A stretch of 29,340 nt of DNA from Actinomycetota bacterium (GTDB lineage: Bacteria > Actinomycetota > Thermoleophilia > Gaiellales > JAICJC01). Position 1 is the stretch's first letter. Every line of letters begins with the position of its first letter. Below the pieces are notes generated by a model, which saw only the letters and a program-made list of their open reading frames with translations, searched no databases and was not told the DNA's origin. The stretch covers positions 1 to 29,340 of the forward strand of contig JBKPMQ010000323.1 of assembly GCA_046732235.1 (NCBI GenBank). Reading direction: 5' to 3'. Shown here piece by piece: positions 10,701 through 19,355 of this stretch. The translations under genes and the position numbers were made by a program.

Positions 10701-11696
10701 GCGGCCGCGCGTGATCGTCCACATCCGCTGGGTGCCGTGGCGGTGGTCGGCGCCCGCCGTCCACACCGCCGTGTAGTCGGTGTGGCGGTGGAGGGTGATC
10801 GTCACCGTGCGCAGGAGCTCGTCCACGCTTCCGGTGGCGGCGATCTCGCGCGAGAGGTCGGCCGCCAGCTCGAGCCGCCGTGCCCGTCGCTGCGACTCGT
10901 GCTGGAGCCGCTGCGAGCGCTCGCGCAGGCGCACGCCGACGAGCGCCGTGGCCACCTGGTCCGCGACCGCCTGCATCAGTGCTGCGTCGGCGGCGTCGAA
11001 CCGGTCGGGCTCGACGTCGGCGAGCTCGAGCACGCCCTCGCACCGGCCCTCGACCTCGACCGGCGTCAGCAGCAGCGACTCCCAGCGGCCGTCCGCCGAC
11101 CAGGAGTAGCGCTCGTCGGACGGGGCGTCGGAGAGGATGATCTGAGTCCCCTCGGCGATGCAGGCGCCGACGAGCCCGGCGTCGATCGGTCGGCGGATGG
11201 TCTGGGCCGAAGCGATGTCGGTGCCCAGATCGACCACCACCACCTGCTCGCCGGCCGCGCGGTCGACCATCGTCGCCGTGACGCCGGAGTAGCGCGTGTG
11301 GTCGAAGACCGCGCTGGCCGCCATCCGGAAGGCCTCGTCGACCGACGTCGCGGCGCCGACGGCGCTCGCGACCGCCTGGACAAGGGTCAGTTGCTCGGTG
11401 CGCAGGTCGGCCCGCCGCGACGCGGCGACGGCGTGGGCGGCCAGCTCGCAGACGGTCGAGAGCAGCGCCGACTCCTCGCCGAACGGCGCCCCGCCCGGGT
11501 CGCGGCTGACGATGAGCGTCGCCACCGGGTCGCCGTCGATCCGGATCGGCGCGGACAGGCTCGGGCCGCCCTCGGGCCCCGGCGGAAGCGGCTCACCGCC
11601 GGCGAGCGGCAGCACGAGCGCCTGGTCGGCGCCCAGGGCCACGCGGGCCCGGTCGGCGATCTCGCGCAGGGTCTCGGAGGGGAAGGCGTCGGGCAC
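7731..11696 (-). CDS. Soluble multi-GAF sensor histidine kinase (1 short + 6 full GAF-like repeats, HisKA_3, HATPase)
   Basis: Six repeats ending in FDxxD...(V/L/I)(A/S)(D/E)(Q/H)(V/L); H-box ERSRVAADLHDD; EILANARVHSGA; DDGRGF; TTAPGKGT; no obvious TM segment. Confidence 0.9.
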   Translation of the reverse strand: MPDAFPSETLREIADRARVALGADQALVLPLAGGEPLPPGPEGGPSLSAPIRIDGDPVATLIVSRDPGGAPFGEESALLSTVCELAAHAVAASRRADLRTEQLTLVQAVASAVGAATSVDEAFRMAASAVFDHTRYSGVTATMVDRAAGEQVVVVDLGTDIASAQTIRRPIDAGLVGACIAEGTQIILSDAPSDERYSWSADGRWESLLLTPVEVEGRCEGVLELADVEPDRFDAADAALMQAVADQVATALVGVRLRERSQRLQHESQRRARRLELAADLSREIAATGSVDELLRTVTITLHRHTDYTAVWTAGADHRHGTQRMWTITRGRDTVAVSTHPLDSGIIGQVVRTGKQALLGRSHLADAGGAWAAAGYESLIATPVVVGRRCEAVIGLSDLRADQFDESDALLMRTLAEQVAAALRGAALREESDRRATRLNVVAEVARALRSPETVDQALHDAAQAISRYTGYSGLTAWIVEPARGERRAVFARDRGTDVYVGLRVPTAAGIPGAAITSGKVLRLGRAGDHPAFSWPGRDPNNSVLIAPVMVEGACAAALVIADEHPNWFDTDDEELVKAISDHLAAAIRAVQLREESSRQAHRLSLAAEIAALLPAEDTPESAIRVAAEAVHERGHYDAVMAITVLEESDEQLVVADFGASRESFTGLRRPIGQGITARTIKSGLQNLINGHEHDPDYAPWGDEESFDSLLSTPVMLDGRCVAVIEVASRPMNQFDHSDEALMAAVAEQLAAALRGVRLRSESERRSQRLGLAAAVASAVANADGALAVLRAAADAIFEPTDYGAVTAVLGVPGTDEYTVVTDRVRVGESTEGMRLPLTAGASGRALARREQIVVGHLDGHATPLAYQSALVTPVFEGPTAAAIALYDHRRDRFDAADATLMRTVAEQLIATLRAVRLRDESEQRSSRLALTTEVAGAIASAQTIDEVLAAVVETVYLGRGYSAAVAIRVLREEGEQVVVANLGDEGTTAAGLHRRIDVGTVGTVIASREQVVLGDAQAHPAYDWPAPVPLPSELLTPVIVDGECIAVLGVYDGHRDRFDAADALAMRTVADQVAATCRGVLLREQSEQRAERLAALERRHRELMERLVRAQEQERSRVAADLHDDTIQVMSACVISLDSVRLAVQDGNTERVRRGLEQVSDLISGAVERTRRMTFDLRPALLWHHGLVAALEQALHTLESETGIATSLEVAGLERRIDSTMETLIFRSITEILANARVHSGAKSVRVRIERDAGVLHVRVADDGRGFDLEAALARARRTNHLGLESLMERVDAAGGRVEITTAPGKGTIVEIAQPLWPGD

Positions 11697-11811
11697 GGAC
11701 TGATTGTGCTTCCGGTGTCTTGCCAGAGCCTACGCAAAATCGGGGAGGTTGACTCCCGAAATCGGGTAGACCCGGCCGTCCCTTCGCCGGCCTTTAGACT
11801 GCCCGGGAGCG

Positions 11812-11884
11812 GGGCGGTTAGCTCAGCTGGGAGAGCGCCTGCCTTACAAGCAGGAGGTCACTGGTTCGAACCCGGTACCGCCCA
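11812..11884 (+). tRNA. tRNA-Val(TAC), CCA not encoded
   Basis: GGGCGGT/ACCGCCC acceptor stem, anticodon arm CCTGC-CTTACAA-GCAGG, T loop TTCGAAC, discriminator A. Confidence 0.97.
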
Positions 11885-11933
11885 TACTCGCGTTGCATCG
11901 TCCTCCTCGGGGGCCAGCGCAGAGCCACGCCTA

Positions 11934-11978
11934 ATGGCGGCTTCCGCCATACGGGAGGACTGGCCGCAGCGGAGTCCT
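11934..11978 (+). terminator. Two short hairpins downstream of tRNA-Val
   Basis: ATGGCGG-ctt-CCGCCAT (11934-11950) and AGGACT...AGTCCT (11957-11978); no U tract. Confidence 0.35.
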
Positions 11979-12152
11979 TGGGGCAAGCGGCCGACGGGCG
12001 CGGGCCTGACTTGGTCCGTGCCTGGGGCCGTGCTCTGCTCGGTGTCCGCTCGGTTGCTGGCTCGACGGGCGGTTAGAGGGGGCGAAGATGGGTGGGCGCT
12101 CGGAGGCGCTGTTTCGGATCACGTGCGCGTGACGCCGAATGGTCGTCCGCGT

Positions 12153-12188
12153 GACTGGCCATGAGCCTGGCGCATCGGCCGATTCGAG
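12153..12188 (+). promoter_or_regulatory. Conserved upstream motif, copy 1
   Basis: GACTGG CCATGA GCCTGGC GCAT CGGCCGAT TCGAG; 30 nt before ATG 12219. Confidence 0.75.
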
Positions 12189-12218
12189 AGGGGCCCGCAC
12201 GACGGAGAATCACTCGGG

Positions 12219-12566
12219 ATGATCGGCGACCTCACGGCGGACCCCCCGGGTGCCCGGGGAGAGACTTTCCTGTTCGCGCGGTTTCGTGCGCCGAACTATC
12301 CGAGAATGAAGCGGGCGTTCGACGACCTTCAGCAGCTCCTCCAGCGCCATGGCGCCCGAGGCCACCGCATCTTCCGGCTGACCGGCGATCCGCAGGACTA
12401 CATCCTGATTGTCGAGTTCGCGTCCGGCGGCGGCGCCCGTGGTTTTACAAAAGAGTCTCAACTGGCACGCGCGATTGATGCGGCCGGAGTTGAGGGTGGC
12501 GCCCACCACATTAAGTATGTCGAAGAGCTTCGTGATCAGCTCGAGGCTGTGAACTACCCCCAATAA
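12219..12566 (+). CDS. Small alpha+beta barrel (ABM/cyclase-like) hypothetical protein
   Basis: NYPRMKRAFD...GARGHRIFRLTGDPQDYILIVEF resembles small ferredoxin-like barrel proteins; GGAG upstream. Confidence 0.6.
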   Translation: MIGDLTADPPGARGETFLFARFRAPNYPRMKRAFDDLQQLLQRHGARGHRIFRLTGDPQDYILIVEFASGGGARGFTKESQLARAIDAAGVEGGAHHIKYVEELRDQLEAVNYPQ

Positions 12567-12834
12567 CGAAAGCCTCCACCGGCTGCGACACATACGGGCA
12601 ACGTCAGCTCTTTCGTGAACTCGGTCCCGAGCGGATAGCGGCTGTGGACCGAGTTGCGGCTCCGAGCCGAGCTGAAAGCCTCCCTCCTCGCTCCAGCTAC
12701 GCGCCGACCCCAGCACCTGCGCCTTATGGCGGACCAAGAAGCGGCGGAGCTCGTCTGCGCCCCGAAACGATGACGGGGAACGGAAGCAAGAGCGGCACGT
12801 CCGTCGCTGTCAGAGGCGTGTTGGCCGCCACACT

Positions 12835-13355
12835 CGTCGTGATCAGCTGGATCCGTCCTGCCCCGCACCCCGACAAGGTTGGCAGCGGTCAGGACCAGAC
12901 CAGCCCGATCGCGAGCAAAGTCGCTACCCAGTAGGTGGAAGCGTACGACCAGAAGACCGCGAGATAGCCGGCGAACGCGATCGCGATCGCTGCGTTCCCC
13001 ACCCAGGCATTGAGCCAGTAGCTCCACGCGGTCCAGAAGCCGATGAAATCGCCGAACGCCTTGCGCACATACACGTAAGGGCCGCCGGTCTTCGGATAGG
13101 CGCTACCCAGGCGCGCGGACACGAGCGCAAGGCAGCATCGCGCCGATCCAGGTGAAGATCCGGCCGACGATCGAGACGGGGCCGGCCGTCGCAGCCAGTG
13201 ATGCGGGCACCAGAAAGATTCCTGACCAAATCATGTTGCCGATCACGAGCGCCGTGGCCGTCCAAAACGCCCAGGTCCCGCCGTAACGCGCCCGGCGCCG
13301 GCGCAACCGGTTCGCCGGCAACGCCGGCGATAGGTCGGGTTTGAGCGGTTTCCAC
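12835..13355 (-). pseudogene. APC-family amino acid permease remnant
   Basis: Homology is split over at least 4 frame switches: LRRDLG / FWTATALVIGNMIWSGIFLVPASLA / LALVSARLGSAYPKTGGPYVY...WSYW / LTAANLVGVR / AGRIQLITT, then lost. SD AAGGAGG before GTG 13355. Confidence 0.85.
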
Positions 13356-13433
13356 GTTCGTCCCTCCTTGTGTCGTTGCTCACGAGCCCACCGGCCCTGG
13401 TGCGGATACGAGGACCGCCGGAGCGGCTCCGCC

Positions 13434-13470
13434 CTCGAATCTGCCGACGTGCCACCGCAAATCGCCAGTC
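13434..13470 (-). promoter_or_regulatory. Conserved upstream motif, copy 2
   Basis: GACTGG CGATTTG CGGTGGC ACGT CGGCAGAT TCGAG; 78 nt before GTG 13355. Confidence 0.75.
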
Positions 13471-13572
13471 GAGCCCGCCGGCGCGAGTGGCGTGAGTCCG
13501 CGCGGTGGAACGAGGTCACCGCCACCAGTTCGCTGCCAAGCGAGCCGGTGCCGGCGACCTCGATCCGTCAGT

Positions 13573-14415
13573 TCATCGTGTCGCGTTGACGGCGGAAAGG
13601 ATCACCTGGGTGACCTTGGCAGGACGGGTAATCGGGGTCAGGTGGCCTGCCCGAACACGGGAGATGTGAGCTCCGGCCCGGGTGTACATCATGCGCTGCA
13701 GTGCGGGCGGGATCACACGATCCAGCGTTCCGAGGAGAGCCCAGGACGGAATCGACTTCCACGCCGGCCGCCCTGAGCGCTCAGTGAACTCGGCCGCTGC
13801 CGCAGGACGCTGGATGGCGAACAGGATCTTCGCTTCCTTTTTTCGGACTCCATTGGCGAAACACTTTCTGAACCCGGGGTAGGGCGGATTGGCTTGCCAC
13901 CGCAGGTAGAGATCCACTCCACCATCGAACGGCACGGGATTCAACCCGCTCTGGACCACGCAGGATCCCGAGCCTCCGACGAGTGCGCCGCCGGTCTCGC
14001 CCTTCGCGGGCATGAAGCTGTCGATGTAGACAAGCGCCTTGACGCTCGGGTTACCTGTCGCGGCATTGGTGGTGACAAACCCACCGTAGGAGTGGGCGAC
14101 GAGCACGATGGGGCCGGGGATGGTCCTGAGGTAACTCGCCAGATACGCGGAGTCCTCGGCCGGTCCGCGCAGCGTGTTTGGCGGAGCTGCCACCGTGAAG
14201 CCCCTATCCTGCAGACGGTGGATGACGCTCGTCCACGATGATGCATCGGCCCAGTCACCGTGCACGAGTACGATCGTTGGTCGCTCCCTTCCCCCAGCCT
14301 GGGCGTTCGCCGCCGCAGTCCCACGGGACTGCAGGGCGAACAATGCCGCAAGCGCGAGAGCCGACGCAATCAGAAGAGCCCGGAGCCGGAAGCTGGCCGG
14401 TTGGTGGAAGAACAT
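13573..14415 (-). CDS. Alpha/beta hydrolase with predicted signal peptide
   Basis: PTIVLVHG, AHSYGG nucleophile elbow, DRVIP, AGHL; hydrophobic N-terminus ending AAANAQA; SD AGGAGG before ATG 14415. Confidence 0.9.
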   Translation of the reverse strand: MFFHQPASFRLRALLIASALALAALFALQSRGTAAANAQAGGRERPTIVLVHGDWADASSWTSVIHRLQDRGFTVAAPPNTLRGPAEDSAYLASYLRTIPGPIVLVAHSYGGFVTTNAATGNPSVKALVYIDSFMPAKGETGGALVGGSGSCVVQSGLNPVPFDGGVDLYLRWQANPPYPGFRKCFANGVRKKEAKILFAIQRPAAAAEFTERSGRPAWKSIPSWALLGTLDRVIPPALQRMMYTRAGAHISRVRAGHLTPITRPAKVTQVILSAVNATR

Positions 14416-14474
14416 CAAGAGACCTCCTCGTCTCGAGCGATTGACGCTCTGAGCGTCGCGCGAAAGGCCACCGG

Positions 14475-14510
14475 CTCGAATCCGCCGGCACGCCAGTCGG
14501 CTGACCAGTC
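14475..14510 (-). promoter_or_regulatory. Conserved upstream motif, copy 3
   Basis: GACTGG TCAGCC GACTGGC GTGC CGGCGGAT TCGAG; 59 nt before ATG 14415. Confidence 0.8.
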
Positions 14511-14548
14511 GCTGGCTCATCGTGTGCGGTGTGCGACTCCCGCTGTAT

Positions 14549-17500
14549 TTAGTAAGCGCGACGAGCCGAATTGCTTCGAAACGAGACCACCGCACCGCGG
14601 CCGTCTTCCAGGGCAACTGGAGCGGACGAATACGCCACCGGCACAAGCGACCCATCTTGGCGGACGAACCAGTCGTCGTCGACCCGAACCGTCTCACCGT
14701 TCAGACGCGGGCGCAGCAGTGGGCACTCGGCCGCCGGAAACGGCGTTCCGTCGGGACGGACATAGTGAATCGTGTCATGACTCGGCCGGCCGACGAGTTG
14801 GCGCTCGTCCTCGTATCCGAGGATCCTGAGCGCGGCGCGATTCAGGAAGCAAATCCGCCCTCGCGGATCGACAACATACAAGGCGTCCGCGCTCGCCGCG
14901 ACTGCCGATTGCAACGTGGCCGCGTTCACGGGGTACGAGATATCCGGAAGTGGGGGCGGGCCGTCCTTTGGTGTACTCGCCGCTCCGCCCCGTCCGCGAG
15001 CGAGATCGCCTATGGGCTCAGCCCTCATCGGCATTTCGATCGAAATCCGCGTTCCGTGGCCGGGCGGGCTGTCGAGCGAGAACCTTCCGTCGAGTGCCTC
15101 GATCCGGTCGATCAACCCGATGAGCCCAGATCCGGCGCTTACCTCGGCACCTCCCTTGCCGTTATCTTTGATGACGGCGCGAATCCGGCCCTCACAGGTG
15201 GTGATTGCGACCGTGACCTCGGATGCCCGTGCGTGTTTCGTGGCGTTGGCAAGCGCTTCGGAGATCACGTAGTACACGGCGTTCTCCGTCGACTCCGATG
15301 GACGCTCTCTGATGCTGACGTCCAACTTGACCGAGATCGGGGATTTCCGCGCCAAGGCGCGGAGGGACGGCCCCAGCCCCGCCCGCGAAAGTAGCGCTGG
15401 ATGAAGACCATGCGACAGCTCGCGAACGTCCTCCACTACGGCTTCCAGGTCGTGCCTGATTCGCTCGAGGGCGGATCGCGTGTCTCGCTGATCCGCGGGA
15501 ATGCCGGTCCGCACAGTTTCCACGTCGAGGCCGATCGCCACGAGCCGCTGCTGCGTTCCGTCATGAAGGTTGCGCTCGATCCGGCGCCTCGCCTCGTCGC
15601 CGGCGGCGACGATTCGTGCCCGTGAGGCGATCAGGTCCGCGCGGGTCGTGGCATTAGAGACGGCCGTCGCGACGAGCTGAGTAAAGCGGGCGAGGCGCTT
15701 CTCCGTATCAGTGGGGATCGGTCTGCCGGTCTCCGCGGCGGCCATCAGGAACCCCCAGACGCTGCCGTCCACCACGATCGGTACCCCCAGCGTCGAGGCC
15801 GTCAGGTCGCCCCGGAACGCCTCGCCGAATCGGTCGGTCGTTGTCGGGTCGTCGTCCGTCCGCGAGGGGCGACCGGTGGCGAGGACCAATCCTGCGATCC
15901 GGTGCACGTCGACCGGCCAACGACTGCCGACCGTGAATTTGGTCTCGCCGAAGATACCGAGAATCGTGAAGGTGCCGTCAGCCTCGTAGCGGCTCACGCC
16001 CACCACAGGAATGTTGATAATGCCAGCGACCTCTCGCGCGACGGCGGAAAACAGCGCGTCCGGACTTGCGCCTTGCGCGACGAGGGTCGCGACGCGGGAG
16101 AGGGCCGCCTGTTCGTGTGCGAGCGCACGGGCCCGCGCCTCTGATGAGGCGAGTTCCGCGCGGCCCTCGGCGTTCGCGATCGCAGTCGCGACCAGCTCAC
16201 AGAAGCGCTCGACACGCCTCTCGGTGTTCGGGGGCAAGGTCGCGCGCGAGCTTGAGGCGGTCACTAGGCCCCAGAGCTTGCCCTCGACGAGGATGGGCGC
16301 CGCAACGGTGGAGAGGAAGCCCATGGCCAGGACCCGCTGCGCCAGCTGGCCGTATGCGCTGGCGTCGATCCTGTCGTCGCGCGGAAAATCCACCCTGGCG
16401 GTGTGCCCGGTACGGTAGACCTGACGTGAAATAAATGACTCGTCGAGGTTCTGGCGCGTCCCCACCGGAATGTGCCCCAGACTTTCGCTGGCACCGACGA
16501 CTGTCACCTCTGACCCGTCGGGTTCGAAGCGCCCAATTCCAGCACCGTCGACTGCGAATAGCCGCGCAACCTCTTCGCTCACTGCGGAGAACAGCTCGTC
16601 AGGCTCGGTTCCGGCGGCCACGAGTGTCGCGACTCGACGAAGGGCCGCGTGTTCGTTCGCAAGCGCACGGGCGCGCGCCTCTGATGAGGCGAGCTCGGCG
16701 CGGCTCTCGGCGTTCGCGATCGCAGTCGCGATCACCTCGCCGAAGCTCTCGATGCGATTCTCGGTGTCCCGCGGCAGACTTGAGTGCGAGCTGGAGGCGG
16801 CGACATAGCCCCAGAGTTCGCCCTCGACGACAATTGGTGCTCCGACCGTCGAGGTGAACCCCAGCGCAACAAACTGCCGTGGCGCGTCGGCGATAGCGCG
16901 GGCGGTTTCGACGTTGTCGTTCCGGGCTGGGCGACCGGTTCGGTAGATCTCACCTGCGACGATTCCCTCGTCGAGTCCAGAGCGTGTCCCGACCGGAAGA
17001 CCGGGCAAGTCTTCGCTCACACCAACGAGCACTGCGCCGGAGCCGTCCGAGTCATAGCGCCCAACCGCAGCCCAGTCAGCTTCAAACAACTGCGCGACCT
17101 CGGCGCTAACGGCCGAGAACAGCTCAGTGGGTTCCGCTCCGACCGCTACGAGCGTTGCCACCCGCCGAAGCGCCGCCTGCTCGTCGGCCAGGCGGCGGAG
17201 ATTGGCGCGTGTCTCTGCGTTGATGAGCGCCGTCGTCACCAGTTTTGTAAAGCCGACGAGTCGGTCGCTCGTATCCGCGGGGAGGGGCGGACCTTGCTGC
17301 GCAGCGCCAACGGCAAGTACGCCCCAGACGGAGTCGGCGACGAGCACCGGAACGCCGACAACCGAACCGACGCCAAGCGAGCGGGCGGCTTCGCCCAATG
17401 GGCCGTGGACGCCGCTGTGGTCGTCGGTTCGTGCCGGGCGGCGCGACCTGACCACCGCCCTTACGATTCCGGGATCATCGTCGGGGAGGACCCATGTGCC

Positions 17501-18619
17501 GCCCACATAACCGCTACAGGCCGCACAGCCGGCGACAAGGGTTGCGTTCTTCTCGGGTTCGTAGCGCACGAGGCCGGCGAACGGCACCTCGAAAAGCTCC
17601 GAGGCTAACGTTGTAATTGCGGTGAATATTTCGCTTGTCGAAGCGCCGGAGGCGATCAGCGTAGCTGCGGTGCCGAGTGCTCGTTGCTCGGCAGCGACTT
17701 GTGCCAGTTCTCGTCGCGCCTCGGTGTTCGCGATGGCCGTTGCGAGGAGTTCCGTGAAGTCCACCACGCGCGATTCGTTGCCCCTGGGGATCTCGGCCGT
17801 CATCGTGCTCGCAAAGATCGACCCCCACAAACGGCCTTCAACAAAGATCGGTGCGGCCACGGTCGAGCGGGGAAGGGCGCCGAGCGCGCGAGCGTAGTCG
17901 ATCAGTGGGCCGGAGAACGCCTCGTGGTCGTCGATCAGGATGGGGCGCCGGATTTGGCGCACTGCCGCCGTGACATCGTCGCCCTGCAAATCAATCCGCG
18001 TACCGACGGGAACCTGCGCTTCTTCGTCGCTCCAGTAGGCGACGATGGTCATGAAGTTACCTGCTTCGAACCGTCCCATCGCACACCGATCGGCCGGGAG
18101 GATCCGAGCTATCTCTCTCGCGACGGACGCGAAGACCACATCCGGTGGCGCCTCGTCTGCCACACGCGTGGCAACTCGCCGCAGCGCTCCCTGCTCTTCC
18201 GCGAGCCTGCGAAGATCAGCTTCCGCCCGCTTCGCATCTGTCAGGTCACGCACGAAGCCGCAGACCAGCACCGGCTCGCCGCTGACCTGAATGAGGGCGA
18301 GCTCGACCGGAAATTCGGTGCCGTCTGCTCGCATCCCAGTCAGCTGCAGCCGGCGCCCCAACAGCCGATTCTCGCGGGTCTCGACGAAGCGAGCGAACGC
18401 TTTGCCGTGGAGCTCGCGCAGCGACGGCGGCACAATCAATTCGGCCAGCGTCCGACCAAGGGCCTCTTCACGCGAGTACCCGAAGGTGCGCTCGGCCGCC
18501 GGGTTGAACTCGATCACGCGGCCCGATGCATCAGCCAGGATGACGCAATCGAGCGCCGCGTCCAGGTAGGCGCGCAAAGCTGCGCTCCGCGCGAGGCCGT
18601 GGGAGGCTCCGAGCGTCAC
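14549..18619 (-). CDS. PAS-5xGAF-HisKA_3-HATPase-PAS sensor histidine kinase
   Basis: N-terminal PAS (EFNPAAERTFGY, RADGTEFPVEL); five repeats starting E(Q/H)xALxRVAT-like; RRRIERNLHDG; EALANATKHA; DNGKGGA; C-terminal PAS (FLNRAALRILGY, RQDGSLVPVAY). Confidence 0.92.
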   Translation of the reverse strand: MTLGASHGLARSAALRAYLDAALDCVILADASGRVIEFNPAAERTFGYSREEALGRTLAELIVPPSLRELHGKAFARFVETRENRLLGRRLQLTGMRADGTEFPVELALIQVSGEPVLVCGFVRDLTDAKRAEADLRRLAEEQGALRRVATRVADEAPPDVVFASVAREIARILPADRCAMGRFEAGNFMTIVAYWSDEEAQVPVGTRIDLQGDDVTAAVRQIRRPILIDDHEAFSGPLIDYARALGALPRSTVAAPIFVEGRLWGSIFASTMTAEIPRGNESRVVDFTELLATAIANTEARRELAQVAAEQRALGTAATLIASGASTSEIFTAITTLASELFEVPFAGLVRYEPEKNATLVAGCAACSGYVGGTWVLPDDDPGIVRAVVRSRRPARTDDHSGVHGPLGEAARSLGVGSVVGVPVLVADSVWGVLAVGAAQQGPPLPADTSDRLVGFTKLVTTALINAETRANLRRLADEQAALRRVATLVAVGAEPTELFSAVSAEVAQLFEADWAAVGRYDSDGSGAVLVGVSEDLPGLPVGTRSGLDEGIVAGEIYRTGRPARNDNVETARAIADAPRQFVALGFTSTVGAPIVVEGELWGYVAASSSHSSLPRDTENRIESFGEVIATAIANAESRAELASSEARARALANEHAALRRVATLVAAGTEPDELFSAVSEEVARLFAVDGAGIGRFEPDGSEVTVVGASESLGHIPVGTRQNLDESFISRQVYRTGHTARVDFPRDDRIDASAYGQLAQRVLAMGFLSTVAAPILVEGKLWGLVTASSSRATLPPNTERRVERFCELVATAIANAEGRAELASSEARARALAHEQAALSRVATLVAQGASPDALFSAVAREVAGIINIPVVGVSRYEADGTFTILGIFGETKFTVGSRWPVDVHRIAGLVLATGRPSRTDDDPTTTDRFGEAFRGDLTASTLGVPIVVDGSVWGFLMAAAETGRPIPTDTEKRLARFTQLVATAVSNATTRADLIASRARIVAAGDEARRRIERNLHDGTQQRLVAIGLDVETVRTGIPADQRDTRSALERIRHDLEAVVEDVRELSHGLHPALLSRAGLGPSLRALARKSPISVKLDVSIRERPSESTENAVYYVISEALANATKHARASEVTVAITTCEGRIRAVIKDNGKGGAEVSAGSGLIGLIDRIEALDGRFSLDSPPGHGTRISIEMPMRAEPIGDLARGRGGAASTPKDGPPPLPDISYPVNAATLQSAVAASADALYVVDPRGRICFLNRAALRILGYEDERQLVGRPSHDTIHYVRPDGTPFPAAECPLLRPRLNGETVRVDDDWFVRQDGSLVPVAYSSAPVALEDGRGAVVSFRSNSARRAY
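16081..16740 (-). repeat. Intragenic direct repeat 16081-16200 vs 16621-16740 (offset 540 nt = 180 codons)
   Basis: Hand alignment: 17 mismatches in 120 nt; 5 in the 70-nt core 16121-16190 vs 16661-16730. Both copies encode ATAIANAExRAELASSEARARALA. Confidence 0.9.
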
Positions 18620-18701
18620 CGCCCGTCAATCTATCACCAGGCACGCGGGACGCGATGGGCGCCGCCGGCGGCTCGAAATCCTTGGGTAAGATGCCACCGA
18701 C

Positions 18702-19355
18702 GTGGCCACTGGACGCGTGATCTTGGCCGACGACGATGTCCTCCTGCGCGAAGGAATCGCGAGCCTCCTGGGCGGCGCGGGCTACGAGATCGTGGGGCAG
18801 GCCGGAGATGCACACAGACTGACGAACCTGGTACGGGAGCAAAGCCCGGATCTTGTTGTGATCGATATCCGGATGCCCCCGACACACACGTATGAAGGGC
18901 TACAGGCAGCCAGCGCGATTCGGGCCGAATCGCCGCAGATCGGAATTCTCCTGCTCTCCGCTCATGTGGAGGTCGACACGGCGATGGACCTGCTCCAGGG
19001 CGGTGAACGGATCGGATACCTGCTGAAGAGCCGCGTCATGGATGCCGCCGACTTCATCGACGCCGTCGAGCGGATCGCCCGCGGCGGTTCGGTGGTCGAT
19101 GCGGCTCTCGTTCAAGAACTGGTCGCCGCCGGTCGACGAAACGATCCGCTTGGAGATCTGACGCCAAGAGAACGGGAGGTGCTCGCTCTTATGGCGGAAG
19201 GGCGCTCGAACAACGGCATCGCGCAGAGGCTGTTTATCACAGAAGGAGCTGTCGAGAAGCACGTTCGCAGCATCCTCATGAAGCTTCAACTACCCCCGAC
19301 CGGGGATGACCACCGCCGCGTCCTCGCAGTGATCGCCTTCCTCGAGGCACGTTAG
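18702..19355 (+). CDS. NarL/FixJ-family response regulator
   Basis: ILADDD, VVIDIRMP (phospho-Asp), GYLLK, LTPREREVLALMAEGRSN...VEKHV LuxR HTH; divergent from the kinase. Confidence 0.95.
   Translation: MATGRVILADDDVLLREGIASLLGGAGYEIVGQAGDAHRLTNLVREQSPDLVVIDIRMPPTHTYEGLQAASAIRAESPQIGILLLSAHVEVDTAMDLLQGGERIGYLLKSRVMDAADFIDAVERIARGGSVVDAALVQELVAAGRRNDPLGDLTPREREVLALMAEGRSNNGIAQRLFITEGAVEKHVRSILMKLQLPPTGDDHRRVLAVIAFLEAR

Noticed and set aside
12067-12076. GGGCGGTTAG, identical to the tRNA-Val 5' end
   Set aside because: Only 10 nt, no further tRNA structure, and the wrong end for a typical att duplication.
12176-12183. Sigma-28 (FliA/WhiG) promoter, because of GCCGAT in copy 1
   Set aside because: Most copies read GCGGAT, and there is no TAAA -35 element.
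18641-18678. Weak motif-like sequence before the NarL gene (a similar weak case lies near 24205-24232)
   Set aside because: Block spacing is off and several core bases mismatch; not counted as a copy.
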